From the sequence record OY723341.1: a stretch of 9,453 nt of DNA; one strand, written 5' to 3'. Below the pieces are notes generated by a model that had not been told where the DNA came from, ran no database searches, and saw nothing but the letters and a program-made list of their open reading frames with translations. Below, one piece after another: positions 1 to 8,041 of the stretch (the stretch's first letter is position 1; every line of letters starts with the position of its first letter). Position numbers and translations under genes: made by a program.

Positions 1-112
1 TACTCATGCATGTACCCTTTTAGCACCCTTTCTGACCCCCTTTCAGACCCCCTAAATGGTGCCATTCCTCGAAGGATGGCCCTTAAGGGGTGCCGGGAAG
101 GGTACCTAAAGA

Positions 113-213
113 GGTCCCAAAAGTGACCATTTTAGGGGGTCCCAAAACGTGTTGCAAAGGGGTACCCCTTTGGTCACCAAAAGTGATGATTTTGGGGACA
201 CCAAATGGGTCGG
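113..213. repeat. A/T-tract-phased segment of the same style as K (also 4668-4768 in unit B; similar stretches at ~380-460, 940-1030, 1240-1330, 1430-1480, 4150-4200, 4370-4470)
   Basis: Tracts are A4 119-122, T4 130-133, A4 144-147, A3 156-158, T3 169-171, A4 179-182, T4 190-193 and A3 203-205. Centre spacings are 10.5-14 bp. Confidence 0.6.
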
Positions 214-222
214 AATGGGTAC

Positions 223-355
223 CTAATGACAGGATATGGCATACGGGATACCTGAGGAGATCACCTCCACAGGGAATGTCCCTCCGTGCATCCTGGGCTA
301 CCGAGAGGCCTACGGGGAGTATCCCCATATCCTCTAAGAGCCATTATGACCATTA
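223..355. repeat. S module copy 1 (133 bp dispersed direct repeat)
   Basis: ctaatgacaggatatggcatacgggatacctgaggaga...ccattatgaccatta aligns over 133 bp with 3319-3451. The core 250-349 also aligns with 4254-4353. Same orientation in all copies. Confidence 0.9.
251..273 (+). other. Imperfect palindrome / hairpin-capable element inside every S copy: CCTG-a-GGAG-[atcac]-CTCC-a-CAGG
   Basis: Read directly: a 4+4 bp stem with a symmetric A/A mismatch and a 5-nt loop. It recurs at 3347-3369 (loop accac), 4255-4277, 4806-4828 and 9153-9175. No covariation is available, so function is unknown. Confidence 0.5.
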
Positions 356-457
356 CGAGCATCCCGGAGAGCATATCTGAGGACCTGAAATCCATGGTTT
401 TGGGGTCTAAAATGATGATTTTAGAGGTCTCAAAATGATGGATTTGGGGTCTCAAAT

Positions 458-1139
458 CATGAGATCCGGGGGTCTGGGGATGCCATGGGTATGGGATCCA
501 GGGATGCAGGGATCCGGAGACCATGAGGGCATGCAGACCATATGCACTACATACCATGGGGTGTGTAGTAGGGATACAGACCACTATGGATACCATCACC
601 ATTAGATACATACTATGAGACCATATGCTGTGGGTATCGGATTAGGGGTCTGGGGATGTGCAGATCTGGAGACCATGAGCGGATCCGGAGACCATCAGAT
701 CATGAGATCCGGGGGTCTGGAGATGCTCGCGATGTATCTGAGGACCTGTGCAGATAGGTATGCAGATAGGTATAGGCATTAGGTACTAAGGACTCGCAGA
801 GAGGTACTGAGGACATGCACAGAGGACATGGCACAGAGGATACGGGCATACAGACCATGCAGATAGGTACTAAGGACTCGCAGACCATAGGTATTAGGTA
901 TCTGAGGACACGGATGCCATGATCTGAGGACCCCAAGACCTCCAGAAATGGGGTATCTGAGGTATCCCGAGACCTCCCAAAATGGGTGTTTTGGACCCTA
1001 AATCACTCGTTTTGGGACCCTTTCTGGGTGCTCCCAGACCCCTCCCCAATGCCATCCCTAAGGTGCTCCTAAGGGATTCGGGCCCGTACCCCTCAGATAG
1101 GGTATCCCAGAGGGTGTCGGATTGGGGGTCTGGAGGTGC
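458..1139. repeat. Region with dispersed short G-rich motifs (unit B equivalent ~5013-5728)
   Basis: catgagatccgggggtctgg(g/a)gatgc is at 458-483 and 701-726. ggt(a/g)tcggatt(a/g)ggggtctgg(g/a)g(a/g)tg is at 633-660 and 1113-1139. There are multiple GGATCC sites (494-499, 510-515, 681-686) and recurrent (g/c)agaccat 8-mers. Confidence 0.7.
750..773. repeat. 12-bp microsatellite (gcagataggtat) x2 in unit A
   Basis: Read directly: gcagataggtat at 750-761 and 762-773. Confidence 0.95.
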
Positions 1140-1176
1140 TCGGAACCCCTAAATTGTGTGCCCTTAGTGTATAGTA

Positions 1177-1195
1177 ACACACGCGCGCGCGCGCG
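1177..1195. repeat. Alternating purine-pyrimidine tract (AC)3(GC)6G containing seven CG steps; Z-DNA-prone
   Basis: acacacgcgcgcgcgcgcg read directly; 19 nt of strict Pu/Py alternation. Confidence 0.9.
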
Positions 1196-2038
1196 AAGGG
1201 CGGATCCGAGTCAGACAGAAAACGAATGCATCATTTTGGACCCTTTTGGAGACATTAGGGGTCTTAATGTGCACATTTGCGACCCCAAAAGGCCCAAAAG
1301 TGCCTAAAATGGGTCATTTTATGCCCTTTTCGGATGCACACAATGGGAATGCCATCGCCGGAGACCATATTCCTTACAGTGACCTTAGGAATATGAGTAC
1401 GCGAAATCGGGGCAATTATGCCATTTACGGGTACCCCTAAAATGAGCACTTTTGGACCCCTTTTGGCACCCCTTGGAGTCCTTAGTGTACTGGTGGCATG
1501 TGCATATCCCCTGATGCCTCTTTATCGAGGGAATGGGGATACCTGCATACCATACAGTATCTGTGTTACTAGTGGGTATCGGCACACCTCCCAAAACATG
1601 TCATTTCGTGACATGATCTAGTCGAGATGAGCGAATCCACTACTATTGCATATCATGGCATAATGAGCTATACAGAGTACTACAGGTATTGGGGGTATCC
1701 CTAATGGCAGCATATGCCCCATTAGAGGTATACACCATATCCCCTAGTATCCCTTACAGCACATACCATGTACAGGTACTCATTAGTAGTATAGAATGTG
1801 TATGTCATGACACCAAAACACATGTTTCGAGACATCTAAACACATGGTTTGCACGTATGATCATATACAGTATCTAGTGATATACAGGATACTAGTAGTA
1901 TGCACGGATGGTATGAGGGGTACGGGATACCCCCTACATCATAGCCTAACAGCATACACTACGAGTACTATGTATACCATGGATACTACATGTATACTAC
2001 TACGGGTAGGTACTCATGAGCAGTATCATCATGTAAAT

Positions 2039-2630
2039 GCATGCATTTGATGACATGAAGTACTCATTATGAGTAGGTATACACATCTAATACCACTAGT
2101 ACAACAGCATACACACCATTAGTACCATGTATCCTATGGTATACAGTACATGGGAGTATAGGTACCATTACACCATGCAGAGGTGTATGGAGTACTATAT
2201 GGTATATAGGGAGTATCCAGTAGACACCAGATATCATGTACTTGCATGCATTTGATGACATGAAACACATGATTCGATGTACTCATTAACAGTATGCATA
2301 CACACTAAGTACTCAGTATACACCATTACTAGTACTATGTACAGTATAGGGGATACCTGCAGTATATACCCCATGTACCAGTGGACCCCATATCCCTCAA
2401 GGGAACTGGAAGAAGGTCCAACTTGCAGAGCATGTGGTGTCTACATGTACTCATTAGTAGTATGCATACACATCTAATACCTCTAGTACTACACCATGTA
2501 CACCATTAGTACCATGTATACAGTAGTATACAGTACATGGGGCATACAGGTACATACCACCATTACAGAGGTGTATGGAGTACTATATGTATCTATGAGG
2601 GTATCCAGTAACACCAGATATCATGTACTT
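2039..2630. repeat. H subrepeat array A1: one canonical 205-bp H unit (2039-2243) plus a 387-bp diverged compound unit (2244-2630)
   Basis: The head motif gcatgcatttgatgacatgaa is at 2039, 2244 and 2631. The body is tactcattatgagtaggtatacacatctaataccactagtacaacagcatacacaccattagtaccatgtatcc.... 2351-2447 (ggatacctgcag...gtggtgtctacatg) has no match elsewhere in the window. Confidence 0.88.
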
Positions 2631-2904
2631 GCATGCATTTGATGACATGAAAACACATGATTTGATGTACTCAGATTACATGATTATGGTGATATCCAGT
2701 GCATCACCAGATCCCTTAGAGACCATGGGGATCACTACATATGCTATAAGGAGTACACATGCTCTGCATGGTACCTATATCATAGGGTAGGGGTATCCCT
2801 CATGATACCTATGGAGACCATATCCTCTAGATACATGGTATGTGCACAGAGGATGGTGACATGGTATGAGGTCCCCAAAAGGGTCCAAATACATGATTTG
2901 GGGT
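2631..2904. repeat. J module copy 1, unit A (~275-bp intra-unit direct repeat)
   Basis: gcatgcatttgatgacatgaaaacacatgatttgatgtactcagattacatgattatggtgatatccagt...gtgcacagaggatggtg.catggtatgagg aligns with 3918-4192 with scattered substitutions. Confidence 0.9.
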
Positions 2905-3136
2905 GTCTAAAATGACCACTTTTGGCACCTTTCTGGAGGACCCAAAACGGGTGATTCAATCCCCCAAAAGGGGTCCGCAAATCAAGCCCAGAAATGGTCA
3001 TAAAAAGGGCTCGTGGGGGTACCCCCATGAGCACTTTTAGGACCCTAAAATGGGTGTTTTGGACCCCTAAAATGGTGTATTTAGACCCTTTCGGAGGGGT
3101 ACAGGCAACGAGTACTACTAGATACATACCAGCAGA
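2905..3136. repeat. K segment: degenerate ~21-23-bp periodicity of alternating A3-5 and T3-4 tracts separated by G+C-rich spacers (possible intrinsically curved DNA)
   Basis: Tracts read directly: T4 3035-3038, A4 3047-3050, T4 3057-3060, A4 3069-3072, T3 3080-3082, T3 3089-3091, with centre spacings of 12, 10, 12, 10.5 and 9 bp. Earlier tracts at 2887-2889, 2897-2899, 2909-2912, 2920-2923, 2930-2932 and 2944-2947 follow the same rhythm. Confidence 0.7.
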
Positions 3137-3300
3137 CCATGTATCCTATGGTATATAGGACATGGGGGCTACGGGTACCATTACACCATTACGGGAGTAT
3201 ATGGAGTACTATGGGTATCTAGAGGAGTCCCTGTAACACCAGATATCATGGTATTGGCATGCATTTGATGACATGAAAACACATGATTTGATGACATGAA

Positions 3301-3540
3301 ATGAGTAGGTATACACATCTAATGACAGGATATGGCATACGGGATACCTGAGGAGACCACCTCCACAGGGAATACCCTCTCTGCACATCCAGGCTACCGA
3401 GAGGCCTACGGGGAGTATCCCCATACCCTCTAAGAGCCATTATGGCCATTAGGGAGTATCCAGCACATCATTAGATACACGGAATATCATGTAATTGCAT
3501 AGATTTGATGACATGAAATCATGTGTTTTGATGACATGAA
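3301..3540. repeat. Unit-A-specific 240-bp subunit: an H unit whose core is replaced by an S module
   Basis: The offset between units changes from +5137 (before) to +4897 (after). The indel is bounded on both sides by ...tttgatgacatgaa (3287-3300 and 3527-3540), so its placement is ambiguous by one head-motif length. Confidence 0.85.
3319..3451. repeat. S module copy 2 (diverged; present in unit A only, embedded inside an H subrepeat)
   Basis: Flanks are conserved with copy 1. The centre is diverged with small indels (cagggaataccctctctgcacatccaggctacc versus cagggaatgtccctccgtgcatcctgggctacc). There is no counterpart at the equivalent place in unit B (8394-8470). Confidence 0.88.
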
Positions 3541-3917
3541 GTACTCATTATGAGTAGGTATACACATCTAATACCACTAGTACAACAGCATACACACCAT
3601 TAGTACCATGTATCCTATGGTATACAGTACATGGGGAGTATAGGTACCATTACACCATGCAGAGGTGTATGGAGTACTATATGGTATATAGGGAGTATCC
3701 AGTAGACACCAGATATCATGTAATGGCATGCATTTGATGACATGAAACACATGATCTGATGATATGAAGTACTCGATATGTACTCATTATGGGTACCACT
3801 AACACTAGTACTACAGCATATCCGTACAAGGGGAATCATAAGGATCCGCCCTTGCAGGTATTTGGGTACTATATGATATATAGAGGGTATCCAGTAGACA
3901 CCAGATATCATGATATT

Positions 3918-4192
3918 GCATGCATTTGATGACATGAAAACACATGATTTGATGTACTCAGATTACATGATTATGGTGATATCCAGTACATCACCAGATC
4001 CCTTAGACACCATGGGGATCACTACATATGCTATAAGGAGTACACATGCTCTGCATGGTACCTATATCATAGGGTAGGGGATATGCCCACGATACCTATG
4101 GAGACCACATCCTCTAGATACATGGTATGTGCACAGAGGATGGTGCCATGGTATGAGGACCCCAAATGGGTCGAAATACATGTTTTAGGGGT
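3918..4192. repeat. J module copy 2, unit A
   Basis: Aligns with 2631-2904. Downstream sequence diverges after ...aaatacatg.ttt.ggggt. Confidence 0.9.
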
Positions 4193-4253
4193 CCCAAAAC
4201 ATGTGTTGCGAGTAGGTATCGGCACGGGATTAGCACATCTAGGGCATTATGGA

Positions 4254-4353
4254 ACCTGAGGAGATCACCTCCACAGGGAATGTCCCTCCGTGCATCCTGG
4301 GCTACCGAGAGGCCTACATGCAGTACCCCATATCCTCTAAGAGACCATTATGG
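4254..4353. repeat. S module copy 3 (100-bp core only)
   Basis: acctgaggagatcacctccacagggaatgtccctccgtgcatcctgggctaccgagaggcctac is identical to 250-313. It then diverges (atgcagtacccc versus ggggagtatcccc) and rejoins at catatcctctaagag. Confidence 0.9.
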
Positions 4354-4777
4354 AGGGTATTGGACAGGGCCCGAAACCCCCAAAATGAGTGATTTGGGGT
4401 GCTCAAAACCATCGATTTTGGTGGTTTTGGCATGCAAAAAGGGTCGAAAACACCACTTTTAGCCCCTTTTGCACATGGGAACACCACCCCATATACTAAG
4501 GGGGATCCTTCGAGGGATACAGAACCCCCGAAACCCCTTAAAGATGGTGTGTGAGTACTCATGCATGTACCCTTTTAGCACCCTTTCTGACCCCCTTTCA
4601 GACCCCCTAAATGGTGCCATTCCTCGAAGGATGGCCCTTAAGGGGTGCCGGGAAGGGTACCTAAAGAGGTCCCAAAAGTGACCATTTTAGGGGGTCCCAA
4701 AACGTGTTGCAAAGGGGTACCCCTTTGGTCACCAAAAGTGATGATTTTGGGGACACCAAATGGGTCGGAATGGGTAC

Positions 4778-4910
4778 CTAATGACAGGATATGGCATACG
4801 GGATACCTGAGGAGATCACCTCCACAGGGAATGTCCCTCCGTGCATCCTGGGCTACCGAGAGGCCTACGGGGAGTATCCCCATATCCTCTGAGAGCCATT
4901 ATGACCATTA
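4778..4910. repeat. S module copy 1' (unit B equivalent of 223-355)
   Basis: Offset +4555 from copy 1. A single substitution was seen (a336 versus g4891). Confidence 0.93.
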
Positions 4911-5303
4911 CGAGCATCCCGGAGAGCATATCTGAGGACCTGAAATCCATGGTTTTGGGGTCTAAAATGATGATTTTAGAGGTCTCAAAATGATGGATTT
5001 GGGGTCTCAAATCATGAGATCCGGGGGTCTGGGGATGCCATGGGTATGGGATCCAGGGATGCAGGGATCCAGAGACCATGAGGGCATACAGACCATATGC
5101 ACTACATACCATGGTGTGTGTAGTAGGGATACAGACCACTATGGATACCATCACCATTAGATACATACTATGAGACCATATGCTGTGGGTATCGGATTAG
5201 GGGTCTGGGGATGTGCAGATCTGGAGACCATGAGCGGATCCGGAGACCATCAGATCATGAGATATGGGGTCCGGGGATGCTCGCGATGTATCTGAGGACC
5301 TGT

Positions 5304-5363
5304 GCAGATAGGTATGCAGATAGGTATGCAGATAGGTATGCAGATAGGTATGCAGATAGGTAT
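5304..5363. repeat. 12-bp microsatellite (gcagataggtat) x5 in unit B
   Basis: Read directly: five perfect copies over 5304-5363. This accounts for +36 bp relative to unit A. The minus-strand ORF shows YLHT repeated. Confidence 0.95.
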
Positions 5364-5765
5364 AGGCATTAGGTACTAAGGACTCGCAGAGAGGTACTGA
5401 GGACATGCACAGAGGACATGGCACAGAGGATACGGGCATACAGACCATGCAGATAGGTACTAGGGACTCGCAGACCATAGGTATTAGGTATCTGAGGACA
5501 CGGATGCCATGATCTGAGGACCCAAGACCTCCAGAAATGGGGTATCTGAGGTATCCCGAGACCTCCCAAAATGGGTGTTTTGGACCCTAAATCACTCGTT
5601 TTGGGACCCTTTCTGGGTGCTCCCAGACCCCTCCCCAATGCCATCCCTAAGGTGCTCCTAAGGGATTCGGGCCCGTACCCCTCAGATAGGGTATCCCAGA
5701 GGGTGTCGGATTGGGGGTCTGGAGGTGCTCGGAACCCCTAAATTGTGTGCCCTTAGTGTATAGTA

Positions 5766-5784
5766 ACACACGCGCGCGCGCGCG
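5766..5784. repeat. Alternating purine-pyrimidine tract, unit B copy (same length)
   Basis: Identical 19-nt tract at offset +4589. Confidence 0.9.
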
Positions 5785-6627
5785 AAGGGCGGATCCGAGT
5801 CAGACAGAAAACGAATGCATCATTTTGGACCCTTTTGGAGACATTAGGGGTCTTAATGTGCACATTTGCGACCCCAAAAGGCCCAAAAGTGCCTAAAATG
5901 GGTCATTTTATGCCCTTTTCGGATGCACACAATGGGAATGCCATCGCCGGAGACCATATTCCTTACAGTGACCTTAGGAATATGAGTACGCGAAATCGGG
6001 GCAATTATGCCATTTACGGGTACCCCTAAAATGAGCACTTTTGGACCCCTTTTGGCACCCCTTGGAGTCCTTAGTGTACTGGTGGCATGTGCATATCCCC
6101 TGATGCCTCTTTATCGAGGGAATGGGGATACCTGCATACCATACAGTATCTGTGTTACTAGTGGGTATCGGCACACCTCCCAAAACATGTCATTTCGTGA
6201 CATGATCTAGTCGAGATGAGCGAATCCACTACTATTGCATATCATGGCATAATGAGCTATACAGAGTACTACAGGTATTGGGGGTATCCCTAATGGCAGC
6301 ATATGCCCCATTAGAGGTATACACCATATCCCCTAGTATCCCTTACAGCACATACCATGTACAGGTACTCATTAGTAGTATAGAATGTGTATGTCATGAC
6401 ACCAAAACACATGTTTCGAGACATCTAAACACATGGTTTGCACGTATGATCATATACAGTATCTAGTGATATACAGGATACTAGTAGTATGCACGGATGG
6501 TATGAGGGGTACGGGATACCCCCTACATCATAGCCTAACAGCATACACTACGAGTACTATGTATACCATGGATACTACATGTATACTACTACGGGTAGGT
6601 ACTCATGAGCAGTATCATCATGTAAAT

Positions 6628-7126
6628 GCATGCATTTGATGACATGAATGTATACATCATGAGTAGGTATACACATCTAATACCACTAGTACAACAGCAT
6701 ACACACCATTAGTACCATGTATCCTATGGTATACAGTACATGGGGAGTATAGGTACCATTACACCATGCAGAGGTGTATGGAGTACTATATGGTATATAG
6801 GGAGTATCCAGTAGTCACCAGATATCATGATATTGCATGCATTTGATGACATGAAACACATGATTTGATGACATGAAGTACTCATTATGAGTAGGTACAC
6901 ACATCTAATACCACTAGTACAACAGCATACACACCATTAGTACCATGTATCCTATGGTATACAGTACATGGGGAGTACGGGTACCATACCACCATTGCAG
7001 AGGTGTATGGAGTACTATGAGTATCTAGAGAGTACTAGTAGTATCATGTATTGATACATCTAATGACATGAAACACATGGTTTGATGTATCTAATGATGT
7101 ACTTAATGGATAGGTATACACATCGT
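6628..7126. repeat. H subrepeat array B1: two H units (6628-6834, 6835-~7052) plus a degenerate partial unit (~7053-7126)
   Basis: Head motifs are at 6628 and 6835 (period 207), with a degenerate head at ~7053 (ttgatacatctaatgacatgaaacacatggtttgatg). Bodies match 2061-2243. Confidence 0.85.
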
Positions 7127-7767
7127 ATTAGTGCATAGTATCTCTACATGGTCTATACACTGCCATACAGGGAGTGAGGGACCAGGAGGGAGACTATGCA
7201 CTAGTAGACGATAACGTGACCTTTAACATTACCCTAGTAGTGTCCTATCATTAGGTACACGTGCTCTAGTAGTAGGTATCAAGGCATGAGCACATCCTTA
7301 CACACTATGCTACCTAGTGTACTATGGAGACCTAGATGCTCAGCGCATGATGTATAGCATGGTATCTGGTACCTATCTGCTACTAGTACTAGCAGTGCAC
7401 AGAATGCATGCCTACAGTATAACACACGTATTCACTACACACCATCAATGGAGAGTATTAGCAGAGAGTGTTACTACTGCTATTAGGTACATACACAGAG
7501 TACTAGTACACTGCATGTATACACCTACTCATCATACCTATCATCAATGGTGGTATGACATACACAATGGTGGTATGGAATGATGTAGTAGTATGAGTAG
7601 TACTATGAACAGATACACTACTATCTGCATGCACAGAATAGGTCATCCTCAGGGATAGCACCTTAACCCTGTACCATACCATACAGTGGTACTATGGTGG
7701 TATGGCATGCATGTGCTAGTAGTATGTAGTAGTATGTACTCATCATACCATCAGATCATGAGATCAT
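7127..7767. other. Unit-B-specific ~640-bp segment with no collinear counterpart in unit A
   Basis: Between the degenerate H unit ending ~7126 and J1' at 7768. Unit A has only the 2244-2630 compound H unit in the equivalent interval (387 versus 933 bp). It is TAG/TAC/GTA-rich. The only ORFs are an 88-aa GTG-start ORF (7317..7583) and part of a 93-aa ORF, neither protein-like. Confidence 0.8.
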
Positions 7768-8041
7768 GGCATCAAATCATGACATCAAAACACATGATTT
7801 CATGTACTCAATTACATGATTATGGTGGTATCCAGGACATCACCAGATCCCTTAGAGACCATGGGGATCACTACATATGCTATAAGGAGTACACATGCTC
7901 TGCATGGTACCTATATCATAGGGTAGGGGGTATCCCTCATGATACCTATGGAGACCATATCCTCTAGATACATGGTATGTGCACAGAGGATGGTGACATG
8001 GTATGAGGTCCCCAAAAGGGTCCAAATACATGATTTGGGGT
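7768..8041. repeat. J module copy 1', unit B (head motif diverged: gatg changed to catg twice)
   Basis: ggcatcaaatcatgacatcaaaacacatgatttcatgtactcaattacatgattatggtggtatccagg... continues collinear with 2631-2904 at offset +5137, with two 1-bp indels. Confidence 0.85.

Larger units (their letters stand above)
3137..3917. repeat. H subrepeat array A2: H tail fragment (3137-3256), H/S chimera (3257-3496), canonical H (3497-3725), variant H (3726-3917)
   Basis: Head motifs are at 3257, 3497 (variant gcatagattt...), 3726 and 3918, giving periods of 240, 229 and 192 bp. Body 3541-3725 is nearly identical to 2061-2243. Confidence 0.88.
1..4555. repeat. Macro-repeat unit A (4555 bp), first of two head-to-tail copies; phase of the unit boundary is arbitrary
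   Basis: 1-2038 is collinear with 4556-6627 (offset +4555, becoming +4589 after a microsatellite expansion). 2631-3300 matches 7768-8437 (+5137). 3541-4555 matches 8438-9453 (+4897/+4898). ORF-track peptides are duplicated verbatim (83..328 = 4638..4883; 1122..1307 = 5711..5896; 4166..4462 = 9064..9360). Confidence 0.97.

Noticed and set aside
48-56. Telomere-like CCCTAAA heptamers (also in ggaccctaaatc, ggaacccctaaatt, ggtacccctaaaatg, ggacccctaaaatgg)
   Set aside because: They are always single and never tandem. They are simply the G+C spacer plus A-tract of the A/T-phased motif.
231-333. A long-range 9-bp pairing AGGATATGG (231-239) with CCATATCCT (325-333) that would close S into a structured RNA domain
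   Set aside because: It is not maintained. Copy 2 has an uncompensated T-to-C change (ccataccct). Copies 3 and 3' lack the 5' partner entirely. It also competes with the local AGAGG/CCTCT and GGGGA/TCCCC pairings.
223-355. The S module as a 5S rRNA, snRNA or tRNA-derived (SINE-like) element
   Set aside because: Only short strings are reminiscent (gcctacgg and cctggg.taccg of 5S; gagatcac of U1). I see no A/B box, cloverleaf or end-to-end alignment. Not supportable without an Rfam or Dfam search.
1597-1615. A perfect 7-bp stem with 5-nt loop (CATGTCA-tttcg-TGACATG; also 6186-6204) as an intrinsic terminator
   Set aside because: There is no downstream T-run (atctagtcgag follows), the stem is AT-rich, and there is no upstream gene to terminate. 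In a CATG-saturated sequence such short palindromes are expected by chance.
2905-3136. The ~22-bp degenerate repeats as plasmid iterons or a replication origin
   Set aside because: The units are too degenerate. There is no Rep gene, DnaA box cluster or adjacent AT-rich unwinding element. Similar tracts are scattered all over the unit rather than forming one origin-like cluster.
2039-3960. A CRISPR-like array suggested by the recurring ~35-44-bp head motif
   Set aside because: The spacing is 190-390 bp rather than ~30-40 bp. The intervening 'spacers' are themselves repeats of one another (H bodies). The repeats are not uniform in length. No cas genes or leader are present.
7127-7767. The unit-B-specific segment as an inserted transposon or IS
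   Set aside because: No terminal inverted repeats, target-site duplication or transposase-like ORF are visible. The edges grade into degenerate H sequence. An indel by unequal exchange is the simpler explanation.
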